Positions 17,681 through 27,456 of a stretch of DNA of 64,000 nt are shown here, one piece after another. The notes below the pieces were generated by a model, which saw nothing but the letters and a program-made list of their open reading frames with translations, made no database searches and was not told the DNA's origin. A program made the translations under genes and the position numbers. The stretch's first letter is position 1. Each line of letters opens with the position of its first letter. This DNA is from Planctomycetota bacterium (GTDB lineage Bacteria > Planctomycetota > JAJSAM01 > JAJVHW01). The stretch lies in contig CBDFJG010000004.1 of NCBI GenBank assembly GCA_965248445.1, positions 1,440,001 through 1,504,000 on the forward strand, read 5' to 3'.

Positions 17681-18808
17681 ATGGCCAACGACAGCATGGG
17701 CAACCTTGAGAAACTCGGCATCCTCGTCATCGTGATCCTGGTGGTCGTGGTGGGGGTCGTGGCGATCACGCCGTCGGAGACGCTGTTCGACGCGGACCCC
17801 GAGCCGGCCAAACTCGAGGACGGGCTGCGCGATGGTGAGTTCGCGCCGTCTCCGGACACCCTCCCGAGCGGGTTGGAAGCCAACACCGCCTGGCCCGATC
17901 TCTCAGATCCGGACCCGCTCGCCGAGTGGCTCGTCAAGGGAGAGACCGAGACAGTCGAGATCGGGGAGACCCGCCAGACCGCCGACCTCCCGGACGCCGT
18001 CCCGCACCGCAGCGGCGGCGCGCCGCTCCCGCCTCCGACGAACACCAACGGCACGGACCGTGCGCAGCGGAGGCACGTCGGTTCGACGCCGATAGCGCTG
18101 CGCCCCGTCCCTCCTGCCACGGTTACGCGGCAGCCCGCTCACCCGGCAGTGCGGCCCGCTGCGGTACCGGCGTTCTCCGAGTACGTGATTCGCGACGGCG
18201 ATACTCTGTCAGGCATCGCCAAGCGGCTCACACCGGGGCGTTCTTGGACGCACATCGCGCGCGCCAACCCGGACATCGATCCCAACCTGATCAAGGCCAA
18301 CACGGTCCTGCGCATCCCGGTCGCGGCAGCCAACGTGGCAGTGCCCACCGTGCACGGCTCAGGTGCCCGGACGATCCCCGTCATCAGGCCAGTGACACCT
18401 CCCGTCACGCCGGACGGCGGCATCACGACGTACGTCGTGCGCAAGGGAGACTCGCTCAGCAGGATCGCCGCTCACACGCTGGGGAGCGGCAATCACTGGC
18501 GGAAGGTCTTCGATGCCAACCGCAATCTGCTCTCCGACCCGAACCACGTCCGCGAGGGCATGACGCTGCGCATCCCGTCGACGTCGCGTCCGAGCACCGG
18601 CACGACGCTGACTCCGCTGCCGAAGTTCGGCGTGGTGGGTCGCGAAGGGGATCAGACATACGTCGTCCGAGGGGGCGACACGCTCTCGGGGATCGCGCAG
18701 CGCTTCCTGGGCTCGGCCGCCCGGTGGCGTGAGATTCTCGACCTCAATCGCGACCAGGTGCCCACGCCGGAGAAACTCCGGTCCGGCATCACGATCCGCC
18801 TCCCGTAG
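17681..18808 (+). CDS. Membrane-anchored protein with three LysM peptidoglycan-binding domains
   Basis: N-terminal TM; YVIRDGDTLSGIA, YVVRKGDSLSRIA, YVVRGGDTLSGIA. Confidence 0.92.
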   Translation: MANDSMGNLEKLGILVIVILVVVVGVVAITPSETLFDADPEPAKLEDGLRDGEFAPSPDTLPSGLEANTAWPDLSDPDPLAEWLVKGETETVEIGETRQTADLPDAVPHRSGGAPLPPPTNTNGTDRAQRRHVGSTPIALRPVPPATVTRQPAHPAVRPAAVPAFSEYVIRDGDTLSGIAKRLTPGRSWTHIARANPDIDPNLIKANTVLRIPVAAANVAVPTVHGSGARTIPVIRPVTPPVTPDGGITTYVVRKGDSLSRIAAHTLGSGNHWRKVFDANRNLLSDPNHVREGMTLRIPSTSRPSTGTTLTPLPKFGVVGREGDQTYVVRGGDTLSGIAQRFLGSAARWREILDLNRDQVPTPEKLRSGITIRLP

Positions 18809-19008
18809 GCTCGCCCGGTCGTCCACCGACCTTCCTCTCAGGCTCGGATTCAGCGTGGGAGCGGTCTCCGCGCCGCGCCAATCTGACTCCGGTCTCAGCG
18901 CAGTCTCGGAAGGGATCGCCAATCAGGCGTCAAGTCGGAGCCTCGTACCTCCCGATGGGGAACGGAGCAGTCGCCAGAGGGCCACTGCAAATGGGGAGGC
19001 TGCCAAAG

Positions 19009-19845
19009 ATGTCCCGAAGCATCGCGCTCGCGCTCGCGCTGCTCCTCACGGTGCCGGCTTTGGCCGAGGATCACGAGGTGGAGAAACCGGCCGACGCGCG
19101 GATCGTCGGCGTGCGCTACTCGCTCCTGATGCGCACCGGTCGGGAGATCGGGGGCATCGTCCGGGTGCGCGGCGTCTTCGAGCGCCGCGTCCGGGGTGTC
19201 TGGGAGGAGTGCGACCCCGAGGACAAGGGCGCCGGCGTCCGCCTCTGGTACCCCAAGAAGCAGGACGGCTACACGTTCCACCCGATCATCCAGATCAAGA
19301 AGCTCGACGAGCTCGGCGCGGTCACCGCGGACGAGAGCGCCTCGATCCACCGCGCCCGCCATGCGGCGCAGAGGCGCGCCGACGGCGAGCGCGCCGAGTT
19401 GAAGCGCAAGAGGGAAGAGGCAGCCCGCCGCAGGGCCGAGGCCGAGGCGGCGGAGAAGGGCGAGGACAAGCCCGCCGCCGAAGAGAAGCCGGCCGAAGAC
19501 AAGCCCGCCGACAAGCCGTCTGCGAGCGATGAGGAGAAGAAGCGCGACGAGCGGTTCGAAGAGCTCCTCCTCCAGTATCCGCCGACGGACTGGAAGCCCG
19601 ACCGCCCGAAGAAGATCGAGCGTCGCCGCGTGGTGCTCGGTCTGTTCCCCTCCGACGAGGAGAAGGCGTTCCTCGAGGTCTACGACGAGTGGAACGCAGC
19701 CTACGAATGGTGGGCGGCCAAGATCGCTGACTCGAGCAAGACGGACGGCGAAGAGCCCACCGACGGCGAGGCCGACGGTGAGGGCTCCGAGGACTCCGAA
19801 GCCGGCGCCGCGGACGAGTCCGCCGAGACCGCCGACTCCCGCTAG
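19009..19845 (+). CDS. Secreted hypothetical protein, charged coiled-coil
   Basis: Signal peptide MSRSIALALALLLTVPALA; high-GC3 codon pattern. Confidence 0.8.
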   Translation: MSRSIALALALLLTVPALAEDHEVEKPADARIVGVRYSLLMRTGREIGGIVRVRGVFERRVRGVWEECDPEDKGAGVRLWYPKKQDGYTFHPIIQIKKLDELGAVTADESASIHRARHAAQRRADGERAELKRKREEAARRRAEAEAAEKGEDKPAAEEKPAEDKPADKPSASDEEKKRDERFEELLLQYPPTDWKPDRPKKIERRRVVLGLFPSDEEKAFLEVYDEWNAAYEWWAAKIADSSKTDGEEPTDGEADGEGSEDSEAGAADESAETADSR

Positions 19846-19925
19846 CGCAGACGCTCCGCGAAGCCCGTCCCCCTGCCCGCCGGAAAGCCACCGGGCCCCC
19901 TCTCTCCGGGCGTAGACTCCGCGCG

Positions 19926-20984
19926 ATGACATGCTGCACGACGTACCGCCGCATTCAGAGTGGTGAGGCCGCCGGCCTCGGAGCCGGGCTCGCGCGGGGA
20001 GCCCTGAGCGTGCTGGCCGTCCCGTACCGGCTGACCTCAGCGCTCCTCGAGATCGTGAAGACGGGCCAGGGCGGCGTCGACACCGGCGTACCGACCATCT
20101 CCGTCGGCAACATCACCTGCGGCGGCACGGGGAAGACGCCTGTCGTGGAGCTCATCGTCAAGACGCTCCAAGCGAAGGGGCGCCGGCCGGTGATCCTCTC
20201 CCGCGGCTACAAGGCCGAGGACGACGGGGTCAACGACGAGGCGCGCATGCTCGCGCGCAAGTTCCCGGGTGTGATCCACCTGCAGGGGAAGGACCGCGTC
20301 GAGCTGGCGAAGCACGCGTCCGGCGCTCAGCTCGGTGACTCGATCGTGCTCGACGACGGCTTCCAGTACCACGGTGTCGCGCGCGATCTGAACGTGTGCT
20401 GCATCGACGTCACCAATCCGTTCGGGTACGGGGAGGTGCTGCCGCGCGGCCTGCTGCGCGAGCCGCTCTCGTCGCTCTACCGTGCGCGACCCGTGCTGCT
20501 CACGCGCACGGAACTCGCCACGCCCGGACAGATCGCGGAGATCCGCGCCGAGGTGCTGCGTCACAACGAGCACGCGCTGATCGTGGAGTCGGAGATGCGA
20601 ACGACGTCGGTCACGGACGTGAACGGCGACAGCGGCGCTGGACCGTCGTCGATCGCAGGCAAGCGCGTGCTGCTCGCGAGCGGCGTCGGCAGTCCCGACT
20701 CGTTCGAGCGGACGGTGCGCCGAACCGGTGCCCGCGTCGTCGGCCACGACGAGCGTGGCGACCATCACGCGTGGGACGCCGATGACGTGACGAGGCTCGT
20801 CAGCGCAGCGACCGCGGGGCACGCGGAGTACGTCCTCACCACCGAGAAGGATGCGGTCAAGCTGGCCCGCCTCTCCTGGCCGGACGGGGCGCCTCCGCTC
20901 CGAGTGCTCGCGATCGAGGCGGTCGTCACCGAGGGCACCGAGCTCTGGAACGACCTGATCGACGAGGCCCTGAAGCGAGGCTAG
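19926..20984 (+). CDS. lpxK: Tetraacyldisaccharide 4'-kinase
   Basis: ISVGNITCGGTGKTP, ILSRGY, DEARML, LDDGFQY, LPRGLLREP, TTEKDAVK. Confidence 0.95.
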   Translation: MTCCTTYRRIQSGEAAGLGAGLARGALSVLAVPYRLTSALLEIVKTGQGGVDTGVPTISVGNITCGGTGKTPVVELIVKTLQAKGRRPVILSRGYKAEDDGVNDEARMLARKFPGVIHLQGKDRVELAKHASGAQLGDSIVLDDGFQYHGVARDLNVCCIDVTNPFGYGEVLPRGLLREPLSSLYRARPVLLTRTELATPGQIAEIRAEVLRHNEHALIVESEMRTTSVTDVNGDSGAGPSSIAGKRVLLASGVGSPDSFERTVRRTGARVVGHDERGDHHAWDADDVTRLVSAATAGHAEYVLTTEKDAVKLARLSWPDGAPPLRVLAIEAVVTEGTELWNDLIDEALKRG

Positions 20985-21259
20985 CAGCGGGTTGAATGAC
21001 TCGGCGGGCCACGATCTCGCAACCTGCGGCTTCGGGCTGCGCCCGCGTCGGCAGCCTGGGCTCTGCGCTCACGCGCGGCGCCCAGGCCACCTGCGAGCAG
21101 CCGCAAGTCGCTCGACCGCAAGCGGTTGCGCCCGCCAGCACCGCCTGCTCCGTTGCCGGCACTCAGCGACGCTTCGGCGTCGCATTCGTGCCTCTACGCC
21201 TTGCATCCGGCACCGCCGGACGCAATCGTGGCTCACGCCGACTCCTTCAACCCACAGCT
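20983..21259. mobile_element. MITE-like non-coding element with imperfect terminal inverted repeats
   Basis: AGCAGCGGGTTGAATGACTCGGCG versus the reverse complement of CGCCGACTCCTTCAACCCACAGCT (20/24 match), extended inward by GCCACGAT/ATCGTGGC. Begins at the lpxK stop (CTAG). Confidence 0.6.
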
Positions 21260-21325
21260 GACCTCGCCGCTCCCCGCACTCGCGGGGTTGGAACCGGGCA
21301 GCCGAGCAGGCATGATCCCCTCTCC

Positions 21326-22300
21326 GTGAGCGACACCGGCCCCACGCCCGCCGACCCAAATCGCCCGTTCGACCTCTCGAATGTGCGCACGCGGCCCCTC
21401 GCGGGGCGGCCGACGCTCGTGGACGTGAGCCGATTCGGCAGCCTGCCGCCGGCGGACGCAAGGGTCGGCGAGTTCCTCTCCTCGCTGCCCGACTTCCTCG
21501 GCGCACGCAGCCTGCGTGCGCTGGCAGGACACATCGCCCGGGCGAGCCGCGGCGACCACGGAGTTGCCGCTGCGATGGGTGGCCACGTCGTCAAGACAGG
21601 CTGCTCGCCGATCGTGCTCGACCTGATGGAACGAGGGATCGTGACGTCGCTTCACATGGCCGGCAGCACGGCCATCCACGACTACGAGATCGCCTGCGTC
21701 GGCGAGACGTCCGAGGACGTGGCGGCGGGCCTCGGCGAAGGGCTCTACGGGATGGCCGACGAAACGGGACGCGCGTTCGCCGTTGCGTCCACGCGTGCAC
21801 GGGCAGAGGGTGTCGGTCTCGGCCGCGCGCTCGGCCTCGGCGTGCTGGAGAATGCGCTGCCGCACGCGGACGTTTCACTCCTCGCCGCCGCGGCGAAGCG
21901 CGAGTTGCCCTGCACGGTCCACGTCGCGATCGGCACCGACACCGTGCACATGCACCCGGATGTCGATGGCGCGGACGCCGGTGCGGCGACGCAGCTCGAC
22001 TTCGAGATCGCGTGCAGCGTCGTGGCGGGCCTCGACCACGGCGTGTGGCTGAACATCGGTTCCGCCGTGATCTTGCCCGAGGTGTTCCTGAAGTGCGTGA
22101 CCGTCGCACGCAACACCGGCCATCCAGTGGAGGACCTGACGACGGCGAACTTCGACATGCTCCGGCACTACCGGCCGATCACGAACGTCGTGAAGCGCCC
22201 GCCCGCGCGCGGATACGACATCGCCGGGCATCACGAGATCATGCTTCCGTTGCTCCGCATGGCGGTGCTCGCCGCTCTCGCCGATGGGAGCGGCTCGTGA
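21326..22300 (+). CDS. Deoxyhypusine-synthase-like fold protein (GSU2086-like), function unknown
   Basis: MGGHVVKTG, IHDYEIA, GETSEDV, GMADETG, TVHVAIGTD, NIGSAVILPEVFLK, GHHEIMLPLL. Its stop overlaps the hldE start (GTGA). Confidence 0.7.
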   Translation: MSDTGPTPADPNRPFDLSNVRTRPLAGRPTLVDVSRFGSLPPADARVGEFLSSLPDFLGARSLRALAGHIARASRGDHGVAAAMGGHVVKTGCSPIVLDLMERGIVTSLHMAGSTAIHDYEIACVGETSEDVAAGLGEGLYGMADETGRAFAVASTRARAEGVGLGRALGLGVLENALPHADVSLLAAAAKRELPCTVHVAIGTDTVHMHPDVDGADAGAATQLDFEIACSVVAGLDHGVWLNIGSAVILPEVFLKCVTVARNTGHPVEDLTTANFDMLRHYRPITNVVKRPPARGYDIAGHHEIMLPLLRMAVLAALADGSGS

Positions 22301-23775
22301 AGGACCTCATCGCACGGCTCGCCGAGATGGGCACGCCGACGATCGTCGTGGTCGGCGACGTCATGCTCGATCACTACGTGTTCGGGCGCGTCGAGCGCAT
22401 CTCGCCGGAGGCGCCGATCCAGGTGTTGCGCGCGAACCGCGAGGAGGAGCGGCCGGGCGGTGCTGCGAGCGTGGCGACCAACCTCGTGGCCCTCGGCGCT
22501 GACGCCCGCATCGTCGGGTACATCGGCGACGACGCGGTCGCGACGGCGCTGCGCTGGCTGCTCGAGGAGCATGGCGTCGACTCTGCCGGCCTCGTCGCGG
22601 TCGCCGACCGAGGCACGACGCTCAAGACGCGCATGATCGCCGGCCGCGCGGGTGGCAATCAGCAGGTGTTGCGCGTGGACCGCGAGGATGTCTCGCCGTT
22701 CGAACCGGGACACGAGGAGCAGCTACTCGCTGCGTTCGAGACGGCGCTCGACGGAGCCGCGTGCGTCGTCATATCGGACTACGCGAAGGGAGTGCTGAGC
22801 TGGAACGTGTCGCAGGGCGTCGTCAAGCGCGCCCGCGCGGCCGGCGTGCCGGTGGTCGTGGACCCCAAGGGCAAGGACTTCGCACGCTACGAAGGCGCGA
22901 CGGTCGTCACGCCGAACCGCAAGGAGACGATCGAGGCGACCGGTGTCCAGCTGATCGACCGGGCTGCGATCCTGGATGCGGGGCGCAAACTGCTCGACAT
23001 CGCCGGCGTGGACGCCGCGGTCGTCACTCTCGACAAGGACGGCATCGCGCTGGTCACGCGGGACGGCGACGCCCGCGTAGTCCCGACGACTCCGCGCAGC
23101 GTCCACGACCCCACGGGCGCAGGCGACGTCGTCGTGGCGGCGCTTGGGCTGGGACTCGCCGAGGGGCTGGGCCTCTACGAGGCCGTCCTTCTCGCGAACG
23201 CCGCCGGAGGGGTCGAGGTCTCGAAGGTCGGCGCCGTTCCGGTGACGCGAGAAGAGGTGTCGATCGCACTGGGCTCGCGACCCGTCGGCTCGCACCGCGT
23301 GGTGACCGTGGGCGAGTTGAGCGAGGCGTTGCAGCGCGAACGCGCGGCGGGCCGCGTGATCGTGTTCACGAACGGGTGTTTCGACATCCTGCACGCGGGC
23401 CACGTCCGCTACCTCGACGCCGCGCGCAGCGAGGGCGACGTGCTGGTGGTCGGTCTCAACTCCGACGCGTCGGTGACCCGCCTGAAGGGCGCGGGCCGGC
23501 CGGTCAACTCCCAGGCGGATCGCGCGGAGATGCTCTCGTCGCTCGCGAGCGTCGACTACGTGGTTCCGTTCGAGGAGGACACGCCCGCCGCACTGGTGGA
23601 AGCGGTGCAGCCGGACGTGCTCGTCAAGGGCGAGGATTACCGCGACAAGGTCGTCGTCGGTTCGGACTTCGTCGAGGCCCGTGGCGGCCGCGTCGTGCTG
23701 GTGCCGCTCCTCGCCGGTCGCTCCACTTCCGATCTTGTCGATCGCATTCGGAACGCGGGCGGGAACGCAGACTGA
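22297..23775 (+). CDS. hldE: Bifunctional heptose 7-phosphate kinase / heptose 1-phosphate adenylyltransferase
   Basis: VGDVMLDHY, RISPEAPI, ISDYAKG, VDPKG, TPNRKE, DPTGAGD; C-terminal FTNGCFDILHAGH, GLNSDAS, LVKGEDY. Confidence 0.96.
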   Translation: MKDLIARLAEMGTPTIVVVGDVMLDHYVFGRVERISPEAPIQVLRANREEERPGGAASVATNLVALGADARIVGYIGDDAVATALRWLLEEHGVDSAGLVAVADRGTTLKTRMIAGRAGGNQQVLRVDREDVSPFEPGHEEQLLAAFETALDGAACVVISDYAKGVLSWNVSQGVVKRARAAGVPVVVDPKGKDFARYEGATVVTPNRKETIEATGVQLIDRAAILDAGRKLLDIAGVDAAVVTLDKDGIALVTRDGDARVVPTTPRSVHDPTGAGDVVVAALGLGLAEGLGLYEAVLLANAAGGVEVSKVGAVPVTREEVSIALGSRPVGSHRVVTVGELSEALQRERAAGRVIVFTNGCFDILHAGHVRYLDAARSEGDVLVVGLNSDASVTRLKGAGRPVNSQADRAEMLSSLASVDYVVPFEEDTPAALVEAVQPDVLVKGEDYRDKVVVGSDFVEARGGRVVLVPLLAGRSTSDLVDRIRNAGGNAD

Positions 23776-24842
23776 TGCGCGGCCGTCCGGCCGTGTTCCT
23801 GGACCGCGACGGCACGCTGATCGACCAGGACGGATACCTGGGCGATCCCGACGGCGTGGTCGCGTTCCCCGGAGCCGCCGAGGCGATGCGACTACTGTCC
23901 GAGAAGGGCTGGCAGCGCCTGGTCGTCACCAACCAGAGCGGTGTCGCCCGCGGAATGTTCACCGTCGCGCAGTATCGACAGGTCGAGCAAGCGGTCGCCG
24001 ACGCCGTGGGGGAGCCGGACGGCTCGTTCGCCTGCTTCCACCTGGCTGCCGACGACGGTGGGGCGGTCGAGCCGTGGAACACGGCGTGCACGTGCCGCAA
24101 GCCCGCGCCGGGATTGCTCCTGCGCGCCGCGGAGGAGCGCGCCGTGGATCTGGCGCGGAGCGTCCTGCTCGGCGACGACTTGCGCGACCTGCTTGCAGCG
24201 AAGGCGGCGGGAGTGGAGCCCGTGCTCGTGCGCACGGGCAAGGGCCGGGACAACGAAGCGCGCCTTGCAGAGCACGGACTCGGCGAGGCGTGGGTCGTGG
24301 ATGGAGTGCTCGAGTTCGCGCAGTCGTTGCCGGTGGCCGGGTCAGCGAACGCGCGCGTCACCGGGGCGCCCATCGTGTTGGACCGCGCGCGACTCGGGAC
24401 GCTCCTGTCCCTCGAGCGCTCTCGCGGACGGCAGATCGTGTTCGCGAACGGGTGCTTCGACGTCCTGCATGCCGGGCACGTGCGGTACCTGCAAGGGGCG
24501 GCAGCCGAGGGCGACGTCCTCGTGGTCGCGCTGAACTCGGACGAGAGCGTGCGTCGCAACAAGGGCGAGGGCCGACCGGTTCAGCCCGCGCTCGACCGGG
24601 CCGAGATCATCGCCGCGATCGCGGGCGTCGACTACGTGACGATCTTTGGGGAGGCCACAGCGGACGAGATCCTGCGTGCGCTCCGCCCGCATGTGCACGC
24701 CAAGGGAACCGACTGGCGTGCCGAGGACGTCCCCGAGGCGGCCACCGTGAGCGAGATCGGCGGGCGCGTCGCGATCGTCGGTGACGCGAAGACACGTTCA
24801 TCGACACAGGTGCTCGACCGGGTTCGGGACGGCGGGAACTGA
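23775..24842 (+). CDS. gmhB: Fusion: heptose 1,7-bisphosphate phosphatase (GmhB) plus a second heptose 1-phosphate nucleotidyltransferase domain
   Basis: AVFLDRDGTL, TNQSGVARG, CTCRKPAPG, GD; then FANGCFDVLHAGHVRYL, ALNSDES, HAKGTDW, SSTQVLDR. Confidence 0.9.
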   Translation: MRGRPAVFLDRDGTLIDQDGYLGDPDGVVAFPGAAEAMRLLSEKGWQRLVVTNQSGVARGMFTVAQYRQVEQAVADAVGEPDGSFACFHLAADDGGAVEPWNTACTCRKPAPGLLLRAAEERAVDLARSVLLGDDLRDLLAAKAAGVEPVLVRTGKGRDNEARLAEHGLGEAWVVDGVLEFAQSLPVAGSANARVTGAPIVLDRARLGTLLSLERSRGRQIVFANGCFDVLHAGHVRYLQGAAAEGDVLVVALNSDESVRRNKGEGRPVQPALDRAEIIAAIAGVDYVTIFGEATADEILRALRPHVHAKGTDWRAEDVPEAATVSEIGGRVAIVGDAKTRSSTQVLDRVRDGGN

Positions 24843-24844
24843 GG

Positions 24845-26311
24845 ATGCTCAGCCTTGCCGACGTGCCGTTCCCGACGCCCGAGCGCTGGACGGCCGGTCT
24901 GCTCGATGGGACCCGCGGCACCCTCGTACACGCCAAGCGCGAACGCCGCGTCTGGCGCGTCGAGGAAGGTGATCTGACGTTCTTTGCGAAGCGCGGCACC
25001 GGAAGCAAGGTGCGCGAAGTCGCTCGAGAGGCGGAGATCCACGAGGCGCTCCGGCTGTCGGGCCTGCCCGTGGTGCCACTACTCGGCGCGGGCCGCGCCG
25101 ACGACGGGTTCTGGCTGATCACCGCCGGAGCGCCCGGAGTCACGCTCGGGGCGGCGGTGGACACGGCCATCGACGCTCGGGATGATGCGGCCGTGCGCGG
25201 ATCGCTCGGGCGTGCAGCGGCTGCGCTCGCCGCGCTGCACGTCGACGGCTACCGGTGGCCGGACGCGACGGCGTCGCACTTCTTCGTCGATCCGGCAACG
25301 CCTGCGCCGGGAGGTGTGACGCTGATCGACGTGGCCCGTGCCGAGAAACCGCGGGGCGGCGTGACCGGCGCGCACCGGGCCGAGGACCTGGCGAGCCTGC
25401 TCTTCTCCGTCCCGCTCGCCGTCGGGCGGATCGCGCGGGCTCGGATCGTGCGCGACGTACTCGGCCGCGGGGACGCCGCGCGCCCCCTCCTTCGCCGTCT
25501 GCACCGCGAACTGCGCGCGCGCGCTCGCCGTACGCGGTGGCGCCATGGACATGCGGAGGCGGCTCCCGAGGTCGTGGCGGCGCTCGCCGCGCTCCGCGGC
25601 GATGCCGAGATCGCGGTGCGTGCCGGCCTGTTCGACGCACTGATGTCGACGGAACGCGTCGAACGCGTTCGCACGCTGCCCGACCGCGAGAACCGGCGTT
25701 TTGCCGCTCCGCGTGGCCGCACTTACTTCGCGAAGTGGTATCCCGCGGCGGAGAGCGGCTTCTCCCCGGCGATGCAGGAAGTGCGGGGAGCGCTGCTTCT
25801 CGCCCGCGCCGGCGTACCGACGTGCCGCGTGGTCGCGTACGCGGAGGACCTCGAACAGGGGTCGCTCGTCGTGACACGGGGCTGCGAGGGCGTGCCGCTC
25901 GATGACCTGCTGCGTGACGGAACCACGCCTGGTGAGCGTCGGACCCTGGCTCACGAAGCGGGTGTGCTCTATGGACGGCTGCGAGCCGCGCGGCTGCGGC
26001 ACCGCGATGCGTATCCGTGCCACGTGTTCGCCGACCGGGACACGGACAGGTTCGGGTTGCGGTTCATCGACCTGACGCGCTCCGGGCGCGCGCCGGCTCC
26101 GCGCGAGCGCTGGCACGTCAAGGACGTCGCACAGCTCTGGCACGGCTTGCCCGCGGGGTCCGTCAGTGCGACCGACGCGGTGCGTTTCCTGCGGGCATAC
26201 TTCGCCATCCCGCGGCTGGACGCCCGAGCCAAACGGTTCGCCGCCCGCGTGTTGCGAAAGGAGCGGCGCATCAGCGCCCGGCAGGAGCGCCGCGCGCGCG
26301 CCGCGCGGTGA
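24845..26311 (+). CDS. LPS core kinase (Kdo/WaaP family) with two tandem kinase domains
   Basis: Domain 1 FFAKR...WPDATASHFFV...LIDVARA...EDLASL. Domain 2 YFAKW...HRDAYPCHVF...FIDLTRS...KDVAQL. Confidence 0.8.
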   Translation: MLSLADVPFPTPERWTAGLLDGTRGTLVHAKRERRVWRVEEGDLTFFAKRGTGSKVREVAREAEIHEALRLSGLPVVPLLGAGRADDGFWLITAGAPGVTLGAAVDTAIDARDDAAVRGSLGRAAAALAALHVDGYRWPDATASHFFVDPATPAPGGVTLIDVARAEKPRGGVTGAHRAEDLASLLFSVPLAVGRIARARIVRDVLGRGDAARPLLRRLHRELRARARRTRWRHGHAEAAPEVVAALAALRGDAEIAVRAGLFDALMSTERVERVRTLPDRENRRFAAPRGRTYFAKWYPAAESGFSPAMQEVRGALLLARAGVPTCRVVAYAEDLEQGSLVVTRGCEGVPLDDLLRDGTTPGERRTLAHEAGVLYGRLRAARLRHRDAYPCHVFADRDTDRFGLRFIDLTRSGRAPAPRERWHVKDVAQLWHGLPAGSVSATDAVRFLRAYFAIPRLDARAKRFAARVLRKERRISARQERRARAAR

Positions 26312-26318
26312 ATCCGCC

Positions 26319-27455
26319 GTGCGGGTCGGCTTCCTGATCGACCGGTGGGATCCGCAGAAGGGCGGACTGGAGGCGGCGCTCGCCGCACTCGTGATCCGAC
26401 TCGCTGAGCGTGGCGACACGCCGCTCGTGTTCGCACTCTCCGCGGCGCCGGGTGCACCGGGGGAGTTCGTCGCCCTCGAGGTGTCGACGTCGCGCCGCGG
26501 AACCATGGAAGCGGAGCTCGCGGCGAAGTTCCCGCACTCGGCGCGACTCGCCGACTGCGACGTCACGGTCGCGGTCCGGCACGCGCCGCGCGCTGACGTT
26601 TACTGGCCGCACGGCGGGCTCCACGCGGCGACGCTACGGGCCGGGGAGTCCGCCAAGAGCGGGCTCGCGGGTCCGGTTGCCCGGTTCTTGCATGCGGTGT
26701 CGCCGCGGCACCGGGCGTTCCGCGCCGTCGAGCGTGAGGCGCTGGGGGGCGGAGCACGCCGCATCTGGTGCGTGTCGAAACTGGTGCGCGACGAGATCGT
26801 CGCCGCTCACCCGGATGCGGCTCCGCGAATCGAGGTGCACGCGAACGGCGTCGACCGCCAGCGCTTCCGGCCGGAGTTGCGCGCGGAGCATCGGGACGCG
26901 CTGCGTGCCGAGGTGGGGGTGCCGGCCGGCGTGCCGATCCTGTTGTTCGCGGGAACGAATTGGCGCCTGAAGGGCTGGCCGGACGCGGTGTCGGCGCTCA
27001 CCGATCTGCCCGATCCGTGGACGTGCATGCTGGCAGGCGGCCGCTCGCAAGAGGCCGCTGACTACGCGCGCAGCCGCGGTATCGCTGATCGCGTCGTCGT
27101 CGCACGGACGTCCGACATGGAACGACTGCTCGGTGCGGCTGACGTGTTCGTGCAGCCGACGTATCGCGACCCGTGTTCGCTCACGACGCTGGAGGCTCTT
27201 GCGGCCGGTGTGCCGGTGATCACGACGACCGCCGACGGTGCGGCAGCGGCGGTCACCGCGCCGGTCGCCGGTGCGATCGTGCCCACCGGAGACGTCCCGG
27301 CGCTGCGGCGCGCGTTAGCGGAGCGGCTCGCGATCGCCGGCGATCCGGAGCGTGCCGGATCAGCGCGGGCAGCCGCACGAGAGTCGACTGTCGGGCGTCA
27401 GAAGGACCAGTGGCTCGACGGCCTGTGCGCGTCGCTCGAGGCTCAGTCGGTGTGA
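26319..27455 (+). CDS. Glycosyltransferase family 4 (WaaG-like)
   Basis: KGGLE, VSKLVRDEI, NGVD, WRLKG, ADVFVQPTYRDPCSLTTLEALAAGVPVI. Confidence 0.9.
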   Translation: MRVGFLIDRWDPQKGGLEAALAALVIRLAERGDTPLVFALSAAPGAPGEFVALEVSTSRRGTMEAELAAKFPHSARLADCDVTVAVRHAPRADVYWPHGGLHAATLRAGESAKSGLAGPVARFLHAVSPRHRAFRAVEREALGGGARRIWCVSKLVRDEIVAAHPDAAPRIEVHANGVDRQRFRPELRAEHRDALRAEVGVPAGVPILLFAGTNWRLKGWPDAVSALTDLPDPWTCMLAGGRSQEAADYARSRGIADRVVVARTSDMERLLGAADVFVQPTYRDPCSLTTLEALAAGVPVITTTADGAAAAVTAPVAGAIVPTGDVPALRRALAERLAIAGDPERAGSARAAARESTVGRQKDQWLDGLCASLEAQSV

Positions 27456-27456
27456 C

